Below are positions 8,631 through 17,834 of a stretch of 34,257 nucleotides of DNA, piece after piece. The notes beneath the pieces are model-generated. The model was not told the DNA's origin. It did not search any database and was given only the letters and a program-made list of their open reading frames with translations. Within the stretch, counting starts at the first letter, position 1, and each line of letters starts with the position of its first letter. Origin of the DNA: an uncultured archaeon (GTDB lineage Archaea; Iainarchaeota; Iainarchaeia; Iainarchaeales; JAAZKV01). Location of the stretch: the NCBI GenBank assembly GCA_964402905.1, contig CAYODU010000004.1, forward strand, positions 1 through 34,257. Direction: 5' to 3'. Made by a program: the position numbers and the translations under genes.

Positions 8631-9959
8631 ATGGTTTTATTGAAAAAAGTTGTTGTAATTTTACTAGTGCTTTTGTTTGGTATTGTTCTTCTGGGCTGTA
8701 CTACTCCATCGCCTCCAATTGGTGCTGGTTTAATGGGTTTCACACAGTTAGATGATTCAAAATCGACCACGGAAGGATTGAATGAATTAGTTTTAGCGAA
8801 TAATACTTTTGCTATTGATTATTACAATAAATTAGATTCAAATCCTACAAACTCAGGAAAAAATATTTTCTTTTCTCCTTTTAGTATTTCCTCTGCTTTA
8901 GCAATGGTCTATGAAGGAGCAGACGGGAAAACTGCAGAAGAAATGCAAAAAGTATTTTACTTTCCTGTTGATGATATAACAAGGCAATCTTCTTTTGCAA
9001 ACTTGTATAATTCTTTGAATGAAAGTGCATCAAAAGGAAATTACCAACTAAATATTGCTAATGCATTATGGAATGAAAAAACTTACACATTTGAGCAAAG
9101 TTTCTACGATATAATTGATAAATATTATTATGGAAAAAGCACTCCTGTTGATTTTAAGAATGTTCCAGAAGAACAAAGAATAATGATAAATAAATGGGTT
9201 GAAGACCAAACAAATAAAAAAATTGTTGACTTGTTGCCTGGTGGATCGATTGATTCTTACACAAAATTAGTGCTTGTTAATGCAATTTACTTTAAAGGCG
9301 ATTGGCAAACAAAATTCAAAACAGAAAGTACTAATGATTCTGATTTCTTTGTTTCTGCAGAAAAAAAAGTTACTGCAAAAATAATGAATCAAAAAGAAGA
9401 TTTTAGTTATTTGGATGACGGCACTTTTCAGTACTTAGAATTGCCTTACAAAGGAGAAGACATGTCAATGATTTTATTGCTTCCAAAAGGAATTCAAGCT
9501 GATTGCGAAGAAAACTCTGAATGCAACCCGGATAATTACAAGCCAGTTTATGACTTTACTATTCCGTCAGCAGAAGAACTTTCTAGTGCAAAAACAAAAA
9601 TGTTTAAACAAGACGTAATTGTTTTTTTGCCAAAATTCAAATTTGAAACTGAATATGATTTGATTCCTGGTTTGAAAGAACTAGGGATGCATGAAGCGTT
9701 TTTAGATTTTGCGGATTTTTCAAAAATGGATTCAACAAAATCAGTAAAAATTACTGGTGCTTTCCACAAAGCATTCGTTGAAGTGAACGAAGAAGGAACA
9801 GAAGCCGCGGCAGCAACAGGAATTGTTGTTGGGATAACCTCTGCTAGACCGCAGAATGTATTCAATGCAAATCGCCCCTTTGCGTTTTATATTCAAGACA
9901 ACAAAACAGGTGAAATATTGTTTTTAGGAAAAGTAGTTGATCCAACTCTTTCAAAATAA
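8631..9959 (+). CDS. Serpin with lipoprotein-type signal peptide
   Basis: NIFFSPFSIS, INKWVEDQT, LVNAIYFKGDW, LPKFK, EVNEEGTEAAAAT hinge, FNANRPF; N-terminal lipobox LLG-C. Confidence 0.95.
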   Translation: MVLLKKVVVILLVLLFGIVLLGCTTPSPPIGAGLMGFTQLDDSKSTTEGLNELVLANNTFAIDYYNKLDSNPTNSGKNIFFSPFSISSALAMVYEGADGKTAEEMQKVFYFPVDDITRQSSFANLYNSLNESASKGNYQLNIANALWNEKTYTFEQSFYDIIDKYYYGKSTPVDFKNVPEEQRIMINKWVEDQTNKKIVDLLPGGSIDSYTKLVLVNAIYFKGDWQTKFKTESTNDSDFFVSAEKKVTAKIMNQKEDFSYLDDGTFQYLELPYKGEDMSMILLLPKGIQADCEENSECNPDNYKPVYDFTIPSAEELSSAKTKMFKQDVIVFLPKFKFETEYDLIPGLKELGMHEAFLDFADFSKMDSTKSVKITGAFHKAFVEVNEEGTEAAAATGIVVGITSARPQNVFNANRPFAFYIQDNKTGEILFLGKVVDPTLSK

Positions 9960-9983
9960 AAAATTAAATTAAAAAAATAAGTT

Positions 9984-10009
9984 CTTGTTAGGGAAAAAAC
10001 CCTAACAAG
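9984..10009. terminator. Perfect 10-bp hairpin between convergent serpin and TBP
   Basis: CTTGTTAGGG-AAAAAA-CCCTAACAAG. Confidence 0.55.
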
Positions 10010-10022
10010 TATTAAGTTTTAG

Positions 10023-10577
10023 CTACTTTTTCTTTTTGCTTTTCTTCTTTTTTGAAACCATTTCTTCAACGATTTTCAATCCTTGTCTTAAATGAGATTC
10101 TTTCTTTGCTCCAGCACAAATCATTTTACCGTTCTTAAAAAGCAAGAAAGTTAGTTTTGGTTCATCTAAACGAAGAATTGCTCCGGGGAATTGTTCCGGC
10201 TCATATTCTACATTGTCAAGAGTCATAGCAACTTCGAACAAATCAAGATTCATATCAAGAGAAGCTGTTGCAACAAAATTAACTATTTCAAAAGTAATGT
10301 TTCTCTTTACTTTAATATCCTTTTGAACTTCGTGAATCATCTTATTTGCTTTTCTTATTCCCTGTTCTATTTGTGCTTCGCTGTTCGCACCCGAACAAAT
10401 AATTTTTCCATTTTTGAATAATAGCATTGAAACCTTTGGTTCTTTTATTTTTAGTATTGCTCCGGGGAATTGTTCCGGTTCGTATTCAATATTTGGTATG
10501 CCCACAGCCAAAGAATAAAGATCAAGCATTTGGTCAAGAGAAGCAGCTGCAACCATATTAACAACAGTATATTTCAT
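10023..10577 (-). CDS. tbp: TATA-box binding protein
   Basis: Two direct repeats of N.VA....EYEPEQFPG...LLFKNGK..C.GA. Confidence 0.97.
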   Translation of the reverse strand: MKYTVVNMVAAASLDQMLDLYSLAVGIPNIEYEPEQFPGAILKIKEPKVSMLLFKNGKIICSGANSEAQIEQGIRKANKMIHEVQKDIKVKRNITFEIVNFVATASLDMNLDLFEVAMTLDNVEYEPEQFPGAILRLDEPKLTFLLFKNGKMICAGAKKESHLRQGLKIVEEMVSKKKKSKKKK

Positions 10578-10774
10578 ACTATATCACCCACAAAATCCTG
10601 AAAAGGCCTTTAAAAAGCCCCTTCACTAAAATAAAAGGATTACACAAGGTTTAAAAAGGGGCTTTATAAATAAAAAAAGGGACTAGAATTTATCTAAAAT
10701 ATTTGTTTGGGCAAAGTAAAAGTACTTTTTTATTAATCAAATATGTTTATTAATCAATAAAGTGTTTTCTTGTA

Positions 10775-11911
10775 ATGCACTTTTATCACAATATTAAGTA
10801 TTTGATGCTCCATGATACCCTTTCAAAGTTCTATGTAATGTTTAGTTTGAGAAGTTTTGGTCTGGCAATGATTAATCTTTTCTTGCCGATTTTTATTTTT
10901 ACTATCCGTAGTTCTCTATTTGATTTAGTGAATTTTTTCTTTTTTGAATTCTTAGCAATTCTATTGTTTTTCCCGATTGCGGGAAAACTTTCTGCAAGGA
11001 TAGGTACTGCTCACACAATGCTTTTTAGTTCTCCGTTTATAATTTCATTTTTTGCTTTATTGTATTTCTTTAATCCAGTTTTAATTGGTCTATCTGCAAT
11101 TGGTTTTCTACTCGGTTTTGGTGAAGCCTTTTTCTGGATGCCTTTTCATGAAGAATTTTCTTTTATTTCAAAAACAAAGCGAGTTGGTAGAGAAGTAGGC
11201 AAATACAGAGTAATAAACATTGTTGCTGCATTACTGGGCCCATTTATTGGTGGAGCAATAATTGCTTTGTTTGGTTTTCACTGGGTTTTCTTGTTAACAA
11301 TTATACTTATATTAATTGGGCAAATTCCTTTACTATTATCCAAGGATATTAAACCCAAACAAAAATTTCACTTTAGACACATATTCAAAAAAAGGCATTT
11401 CCCTTATTTTTTCCCGTTTGTGGGGCATGGAGCTATTGGTATTGCAACTTCGTGTCTTTGGCCGATTTTTATTTTTATTTTGTTCCCAGATTTTGTTTTA
11501 ATCGGTGCAATAGCAATGGTGGTTAATTTCATAAGTATTTTTTCAACGCTTTACATTAGTAAAAAATGTGATTCTTTTGGAAAAGAACAACTAGTGAAAA
11601 CTGGTTCGGTTTTATTTTCTTTAACAGTAATGCTACGTGCATTTACAACAACTATTATTCATGCGGTTACTATGTGGTTTTTTGGTGGTCTAACTTGGGC
11701 TTTGCTTGATGTTCCATTTGAATCATTGGTTTATCAAAAGTCAAAGCATCAAAACAAACCAGAATTTTTTGTTGCAAGAGAAATGTCACTTGATGTGGGT
11801 AGATTTATTGTTCTTGCTGTTGTTTTCTTGCTTGCAACAAATATTTCTCTTGCATTATCAACAGCGATACTTGTTGGAGGAATACTTGGTTTATGGTACT
11901 GGCTGACATAA
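10775..11911 (+). CDS. MFS-type transporter
   Basis: About 12 hydrophobic segments; AGKLSARIG and ISKKCDSFGK loop motifs; GPFIGG. Confidence 0.8.
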   Translation: MHFYHNIKYLMLHDTLSKFYVMFSLRSFGLAMINLFLPIFIFTIRSSLFDLVNFFFFEFLAILLFFPIAGKLSARIGTAHTMLFSSPFIISFFALLYFFNPVLIGLSAIGFLLGFGEAFFWMPFHEEFSFISKTKRVGREVGKYRVINIVAALLGPFIGGAIIALFGFHWVFLLTIILILIGQIPLLLSKDIKPKQKFHFRHIFKKRHFPYFFPFVGHGAIGIATSCLWPIFIFILFPDFVLIGAIAMVVNFISIFSTLYISKKCDSFGKEQLVKTGSVLFSLTVMLRAFTTTIIHAVTMWFFGGLTWALLDVPFESLVYQKSKHQNKPEFFVAREMSLDVGRFIVLAVVFLLATNISLALSTAILVGGILGLWYWLT

Positions 11912-12000
11912 ATGAATTGCTGAGACAAAATGATTTTCTCAGCTCTCATAAGAGTTAAATATTACTTAATGCCTTATTCACAAATAAAGAGTTGTTTTTT

Positions 12001-12315
12001 ATGGAAAAAAATATTGATCAGCACGCTTCAAATGATAGGAAGGCTGTGTTTAACATATTGTTGATTGGAATCATCAGCGTACTTGTACCATTCATTTCAA
12101 TTCCTGTAATAACCCTTGGCGGGGCAAGTATGCTTTCAAGAATAAATGGTACGATGCTTTTAATTTTATCAGTGCTTTTAATATTATTTATCATTATAAA
12201 ATCAATTAATTTTTATAATAATGATTTGAAAAAAGGTTTTATTGTAGGGGTTATTTTTGCGTTGCTATGCATTATTTCTTTTGCGATTAATTTGAGTGTT
12301 TATATTTTGATTTAA
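12001..12315 (+). CDS. Small 3-TM membrane protein
   Basis: Hydrophobic ORF; ATG at 12001. Confidence 0.6.
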   Translation: MEKNIDQHASNDRKAVFNILLIGIISVLVPFISIPVITLGGASMLSRINGTMLLILSVLLILFIIIKSINFYNNDLKKGFIVGVIFALLCIISFAINLSVYILI

Positions 12316-12332
12316 TTTGGATGTGGAATTGA

Positions 12333-12890
12333 ATGGAAAAAAATAATAGAAAAAATAATTCAAAGTTAGTTGCATCCGCTTCAAGACAAACAAATGGTTT
12401 TGCCACTAATCCCCAAGTAAAAATAAATTGGGATAAATTACCCACATTAAAATCAAAAAAACTTTCTCGTGGACAAAAAGCAGCTGATTGGATTGCAAGG
12501 TGGGCTGGTTCCTGGACATTCATTTTATTATTTGCACTAGTAATTGTCGTGTGGACAATTCTTAATTCTTTGATAGTTTTGTTTGGAGTATGGGATGTTT
12601 ATCCATTCATTTTATTGAATTTGTTTTTATCTTGTCTTGCAGCAATACAAGCCCCGGTTATACTGATGAGTCAAAATCGTGCTGCTGAAGTGGATAGGCA
12701 GAGAGCTCAATATGATTATCTTGTTAATAGAAAGGCCGAGCGGGAGATTAAACAACTTCAGTTGGATATAGTTGAATTGAAAGAAGCTATTTTGAAACAG
12801 TCTACACGAACACAAGCAGAAAAATTGCGTAATGAACTAAAAAATATTCAGGAAGAACTTAATCGCATAGAAACAAAAATGAATCCTTAA
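12333..12890 (+). CDS. DUF1003 family membrane protein
   Basis: AADWIARWAGSWTF, DVYPFILLNLFLSCLAAIQAPVILMSQNR, DYLVNRKAEREI. Confidence 0.9.
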   Translation: MEKNNRKNNSKLVASASRQTNGFATNPQVKINWDKLPTLKSKKLSRGQKAADWIARWAGSWTFILLFALVIVVWTILNSLIVLFGVWDVYPFILLNLFLSCLAAIQAPVILMSQNRAAEVDRQRAQYDYLVNRKAEREIKQLQLDIVELKEAILKQSTRTQAEKLRNELKNIQEELNRIETKMNP

Positions 12891-13071
12891 AATTAATCTT
12901 GTTTTTATAACCTTGGTTAAAAACACTTTTTTCTAGTTTTGGGGCTTTCATTTAAAAAGAAGTACCCTAATTATGTTTAATTTTGTTGAGTGAAAGAATA
13001 ACCTTTTAAAGAATTTTATGTGAAAAATCATTAATTCGTTGGATTTAACGTTTTATTTGTGAATGGAGTGA

Positions 13072-14250
13072 ATGAGAATGGATCATATTGTAAGGAATGC
13101 TATTGCGAGAGCTCAAGCTGAATCAAAATCAAAAGCAAAGAAAAAAATAGATTTTTTTAAACCTAAATCAAATCCAAAAATATCAAAAGCTAAGAAAACA
13201 AATAGTAGAAGATCAGTTCATTCTGATGAAGAACTTGTTGATATGCTTGAAGAAAATCAGGCAAAAATAATGGTTGTTGGTTGTGGGGGTGGAGGCTGTA
13301 ATACTATTGAAAGAATGGCCGAAATAGGAATAAAAGGAGCAACTACTTTCGCAGTTAACACTGATGCGCAGGATTTACTTTCAACAAGAGCAGATAAAAA
13401 ACTTTTAATTGGAAAAAAACTTACTCGTGGACTTGGTGCTGGTTCTGATCCTCAAATAGGGGAGAGTGCAGCAAAAGAATCTATTGAAGAACTAAGAGAT
13501 GTTTTAAGCCAAAGCGATTTGGTTTTTGTTACGTGTGGACTTGGTGGAGGAACCGGAACAGGTTCTGCCCCAGTAATGGCAGAAATAGCTAAGGGACTAA
13601 AAGCACTTACAGTTGCAGTAGTAACTTTGCCATTTACAGTAGAAGGAAGAAAGAGAATGGAGAATGCAATGTTTGGTCTTGAAAGATTACAAGAACATAC
13701 TGATACAATAATTGTTATTCCAAATGATAAGATACTTGAGATTGCACCCGACTTACCTATAAATGCTGCTTTTAAAGTAGCTGATGAAGTTCTTACTAAT
13801 GCTGTTAAAGGAATAACTGAAATGGTTACAAAACCTGGTCTGATTAATCTTGACTTCGCAGATTTGAGAACAATTCTTAGCAGAGGTGGAGCAGCAATGA
13901 TTGGGCTTGGAGAATCTTCAAGAGGAGAGAGCTCGGAAGCAAGAGCACTTGAAGCAGTTGAAAATGCTTTGACTTCTCCTTTACTTGATGTTGATATTTC
14001 TAATGCAAATAGGGCACTGGTAAATGTTACTGGTGGAAGCGATATGACTCTAAGAGAAGCAGAAATGATTGTTGAAACAGTTTCATCAAAAATTCATAAT
14101 GCAAGCCATATTATATGGGGTGCAATGGTTGATGAAAATCTTCCAAAGAATCAGATACAAGCGATGGTTGTTATTGCTGGCGGAAGATTCCCTTATCTTG
14201 ACGGGGATACTGCAAGTGGAGAAGTTGACTTAGGAATAGAATTTACTTAA
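13072..14250 (+). CDS. ftsZ: Cell division protein FtsZ
   Basis: VVGCGGGGCN, AVNTDAQDL, GLGGGTGTG tubulin signature, GLINLDFAD. Confidence 0.98.
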   Translation: MRMDHIVRNAIARAQAESKSKAKKKIDFFKPKSNPKISKAKKTNSRRSVHSDEELVDMLEENQAKIMVVGCGGGGCNTIERMAEIGIKGATTFAVNTDAQDLLSTRADKKLLIGKKLTRGLGAGSDPQIGESAAKESIEELRDVLSQSDLVFVTCGLGGGTGTGSAPVMAEIAKGLKALTVAVVTLPFTVEGRKRMENAMFGLERLQEHTDTIIVIPNDKILEIAPDLPINAAFKVADEVLTNAVKGITEMVTKPGLINLDFADLRTILSRGGAAMIGLGESSRGESSEARALEAVENALTSPLLDVDISNANRALVNVTGGSDMTLREAEMIVETVSSKIHNASHIIWGAMVDENLPKNQIQAMVVIAGGRFPYLDGDTASGEVDLGIEFT

Positions 14251-14376
14251 GTCAACCCAAATTTTTTTTCGTTTCCCAATTGCTTTTTGTTCTATAAAGT
14301 TTCTTTTTTCATTTTATTTGCTTTCTCTTTTATTTTTAAATCTTTCCCTTTTAAATTATCTTAGTGGTGTAGCTTA

Positions 14377-14562
14377 ATGAACATAAAAGAAAGCATTTCA
14401 AAGTTTATTTCGGACAGTAGAAGAATTTTTATTGTTTCAAAAAAACCTACAAAAGACGAATACAAAAGAATGGCTCTAATTATTGGATTAGGGATAATAG
14501 TGATTGGAATAATTGGTTATATTATATCACTTTTATTTGCTCTAACCGGTTTAGGTTATTAA
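14377..14562 (+). CDS. secE: Protein translocase SecE/Sec61-gamma
   Basis: RIF.VSKKPTKDEY plus one TM helix; conserved position after ftsZ. Confidence 0.95.
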   Translation: MNIKESISKFISDSRRIFIVSKKPTKDEYKRMALIIGLGIIVIGIIGYIISLLFALTGLGY

Positions 14563-14613
14563 TTTGTGGTGGGTTTATAAATATTTCAAGATTGAATTTT
14601 TAGGTGAGCAAAA

Positions 14614-15051
14614 ATGATTTTCCCGATTAGAACAACAGTTGGACAAGAACAATTAGTAGTGGATATTCTTGGCTCAAAAATTGCCAAAGAAGATTTGAAT
14701 ATTTACTCTATTGCGGTTGTTCCTGGATTGAAAGGATATATTCTTCTTGAAGCGGATAATGAAATAACTGTTAGAAGAGGAATAACCGATACTCCACACA
14801 TAAGGGGTTCTGGAATAGTAAAGGGTGCAGTTAATATTGATGAATTAACAAGTTTGCTTGAATCAAAACCTTTAATGAAAAGTATTCAGGAAGGACAGAA
14901 AGTAGAAATTATTTCTGGTCCATTCAAAGGAGAAAAAGCAAAGATAACAAGGGTAAATGCTCCAAAAGAAGAGGTTACTGTTGAATTACTTGAAGCGGCA
15001 GTAAAAATACCTGTTACAATAAAAGCTGAGAATATTAAAATAATTCAATAA
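14614..15051 (+). CDS. spt5: Transcription elongation factor Spt5/NusG
   Basis: RTTVGQE, KGYILLEA (NGN domain), VEIISGPFKGEKA (KOW). Confidence 0.97.
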   Translation: MIFPIRTTVGQEQLVVDILGSKIAKEDLNIYSIAVVPGLKGYILLEADNEITVRRGITDTPHIRGSGIVKGAVNIDELTSLLESKPLMKSIQEGQKVEIISGPFKGEKAKITRVNAPKEEVTVELLEAAVKIPVTIKAENIKIIQ

Positions 15052-15085
15052 ATTATAATTAAATAAATTTTGGTGAGTGATAAAA

Positions 15086-15553
15086 ATGGGTGAAATAAAA
15101 GTAATGGTTGATGGCGGAAAAGCATCTGCCGGCGCTCCGCTTGGCCCCGCATTGGGACCTACTGGAGTAAATATAGGTGAAGTAGTTGCAAAAATAAATG
15201 AGAAAACTGCTTCTTTATCAGGAATGAAAGTTCCAGTTACAATTACAATTAATGCAAACAAAACTTTTGACATAAAAGTTGGTTTGCCCCCAACAAGTGC
15301 ACTAATAAAAAAAGAGTGTAAAGCAGCTAAAGGTGCTGCTAATCCAAAAACTGATGTTGTTGGAAATCTTTCAATTGAACAAGTAAAGAGCATTGGTCAA
15401 ATGAAAAATGACAATATTAATTCTTATCATCCAAAATCAATTGCAAAAGAAATAATTGGAGTATGTGATTCAATGGGAGTAACTGTTGAAGGCATGCGAG
15501 CAAAAAACGCAATAAAAGCAATTGACGAAGGGAAATTTGATAGTAAGTTTTAG
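15086..15553 (+). CDS. rpl11: Ribosomal protein uL11
   Basis: GGKASAGAPLGPALGP.G, VGLPPTSALIKK, IIGVCDSMGV. Confidence 0.96.
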   Translation: MGEIKVMVDGGKASAGAPLGPALGPTGVNIGEVVAKINEKTASLSGMKVPVTITINANKTFDIKVGLPPTSALIKKECKAAKGAANPKTDVVGNLSIEQVKSIGQMKNDNINSYHPKSIAKEIIGVCDSMGVTVEGMRAKNAIKAIDEGKFDSKF

Positions 15554-15643
15554 TGCCAAAGGCACAATTACTTTTCTGGAACAAAGAATTAGAAACAAAA
15601 AATAATTGTTTTTGTTTTCAAATAAAACGGCTTTGTTAAAAGA

Positions 15644-15747
15644 TTTATAAACCTTTTCCAGAGATTATTTTATTATAAAGAAGCCTTTTTAGGCCGAAGC
15701 AAAAGCGATTACTTTTGCGTTACCACTTTGGTGGTAGGTGTTAAAAA
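15644..15747 (+). promoter_or_regulatory. TATA box and structured leader of the L1-L10-L12 unit
   Basis: TTTATAAA at 15644-15651, three hairpins at 15683-15736, then the AGGTG RBS. Confidence 0.5.
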
Positions 15748-16407
15748 ATGAAGAAAGATGAAGCAGCTAGAGCTATTCAAAAAATGCGTGAGGCAACAAA
15801 GAAAAGAAACTTTTTGCAGAGCGTAGAAATGATGATTAACTTTACTGGCCTTGACATGAAGAAACCTCAGAATCAGGTTAATGTAAAAGTTATTTTACCT
15901 AATCCTACTGGAAAAGGTTCTGGTAAGATATGTGTTTTTGCAAAAACAAGTTCTTTTGTTGATACAATAAAAGGAAAAGTTGATACTATTGTAATGGAAA
16001 AAGATATTGAGGCTCTTGTAAAAAATAAAGCTAAGTTGGCTGAATTAATTAATTATGATGCTTTGTTTGCTGAAGGTTCAGTAATGCTCACCGTGGCAAA
16101 GTTTTTGGGACAGCAATTAGCTCCTAAAGGAAAAATGCCTAAACCAATTATGAATGTTGCAAATTTTGATGAAACACTTGCAAGAGCAAGGACACAAGTA
16201 ACAGTAACAAATAAGAAAGGAAGATTCATGCCAGTTGTACAATCTGTTGTTGGAAAAGAAAATATGGAAGATCAAAAAATTATTGATAATATGTTTGTTA
16301 TTTATGAAGCAGTAATGAATACTTTGCCACAGAAAAAACAAAACATCAAAAATGTTTATGTAAAAATGACTATGGGTGTTCCGATAAAAGTGGGTGATAC
16401 TCAATGA
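15748..16407 (+). CDS. rpl1: Ribosomal protein uL1
   Basis: KRNFLQSVE, LGQQLAPKGKMP, VGKENM, VYVKMTMG. Confidence 0.96.
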   Translation: MKKDEAARAIQKMREATKKRNFLQSVEMMINFTGLDMKKPQNQVNVKVILPNPTGKGSGKICVFAKTSSFVDTIKGKVDTIVMEKDIEALVKNKAKLAELINYDALFAEGSVMLTVAKFLGQQLAPKGKMPKPIMNVANFDETLARARTQVTVTNKKGRFMPVVQSVVGKENMEDQKIIDNMFVIYEAVMNTLPQKKQNIKNVYVKMTMGVPIKVGDTQ

Positions 16408-17288
16408 CTTCACACAATAGAAAATGGAAGGAAGCAAAGAAAGATGAACTTTCGTCTCTCTTGAAAGAATATCCTTTTGTTGCAATAGCAACTCTGAATC
16501 AATTACCTGCAAATATTTTATCTGTTTTAAGAAAGAGATTGCATGGCGAAGCAGAAATAAAAGTTTCTAAAACAAGAGTAGTAAGAAAAGCTTTTCAGGA
16601 CGCGGATGTTGACACAGCAAAGATTGATGGTTTGGTTGCAGAAAGTGTTGCAGTTATTTTTTCAAAGAAAAATCCTTTTGAATTATTTTCTTTTATTAAA
16701 AAGAATAAAGGAGAAACATCTGCAAAAGCCGGTGATATTGCGATATCAGATATAACAGTACAAGCAGGCGATACAGGTTTGCCTCCAGGACCAGCATTAT
16801 CAATTCTAAAAGGGGCTGGACTGAAAGTAACTGTTGCTGGACCAACTATTTCAATTGCACAAGATAAAGTAGTTGCAAAAAAAGGAGAAGAAATCTCGGC
16901 CGCAGTAGCTGATGTACTTGGAAAACTAAATATTAAACCAATGAAAGTAGGAATGAAAGTTCTTGGTGTTCTGGATAAAAAAGAAAATGATTTTTATTCA
17001 AGCGAAGCACTTGATGTTGATGAAGAAGAATTATTTGATAAATTTGTCTTAGCTTATCAACAAGCACTTAATTTATCTGTTAATGCTGAGTACTACAATG
17101 ATATAAGCACAGAAATAATTTTGATAAAAGCACAGAGAGAAGCAAAAGCAGTTAAAGAAACAGTTGACTCTGTTTCTCCAAAAGAAGAAGTTAAAGAAGA
17201 AGTTAAAGAAGAAGTAAAAGAAGAAGTAAAAGAAGAAGTAAAAGAAGAAGTAAAAGAAGAAAATAAAGAGGGAGAGAAAAAAGAGTAG
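16404..17288 (+). CDS. rpl10: Ribosomal stalk protein uL10 (P0)
   Basis: WKE start, VSKTRV, NPFEL, AGDTGLPPGP domain II; ATGA overlap with rpl1. Confidence 0.95.
   Translation: MTSHNRKWKEAKKDELSSLLKEYPFVAIATLNQLPANILSVLRKRLHGEAEIKVSKTRVVRKAFQDADVDTAKIDGLVAESVAVIFSKKNPFELFSFIKKNKGETSAKAGDIAISDITVQAGDTGLPPGPALSILKGAGLKVTVAGPTISIAQDKVVAKKGEEISAAVADVLGKLNIKPMKVGMKVLGVLDKKENDFYSSEALDVDEEELFDKFVLAYQQALNLSVNAEYYNDISTEIILIKAQREAKAVKETVDSVSPKEEVKEEVKEEVKEEVKEEVKEEVKEENKEGEKKE
17181..17261 (+). repeat. 12-bp coding tandem repeat (AAAGAAGAAGTW)x6.75 encoding (KEEV)6 in the P0 tail
   Basis: Read directly from the sequence. Confidence 0.95.
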
Positions 17289-17359
17289 TTCGCTAGAGTT
17301 AAGTAACTTTGGTACCACTACTAATATTATTTTAATATTATTTTTGTGAGGTGAAAAGG

Positions 17360-17653
17360 ATGGAATATGTATATGCAGCAATGTTGCTTCATTCAGCAAA
17401 GAAAGATGTCAATGAAGCTGGAGTAGAATCAATCCTAAAAACAGCAGGAATTGAATTCGATTCTGCAAGAGTAAAAGCTCTTGTTGCTTCAATAAAAAAC
17501 ATCAACATTGACGACGCTATTGCAAAAGCAGCGGTGGCACCAGCAGCAGCTAGTGCGGGACCAGCAAAAGAAGCAAAAGCAGAGGAACCAGAAGTTGATG
17601 CAAAGAAATCTGAAGAAGAAGCTGCAGCAGGCCTTGGAGCTCTTTTCGGGTAA
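17360..17653 (+). CDS. rpl12: Ribosomal stalk protein P1/aL12
   Basis: MEYVYAAMLLH...AAAGLGALFG; GAGGTGA RBS. Confidence 0.97.
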   Translation: MEYVYAAMLLHSAKKDVNEAGVESILKTAGIEFDSARVKALVASIKNINIDDAIAKAAVAPAAASAGPAKEAKAEEPEVDAKKSEEEAAAGLGALFG

Positions 17654-17834
17654 ATTTATTTAAGTGAAAATGATTGTGCTTTTCAGCCATCATTTTCACG
17701 AAACTTTTTCTCTTGCCAAAAGACGGCAATTGCATTAAATAAGATTAGTCAATTGCAGTAAAAATTAATATTAAATTCTTTTCAGTGAAAAAATTCTGGC
17801 ATAGTTTATATATTACAATGGAGCAGATATTATT

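Noticed and set aside
17181-17261. Possible CRISPR array
   Set aside because: An in-frame 12-bp tandem repeat with no spacers; no cas genes in the window.
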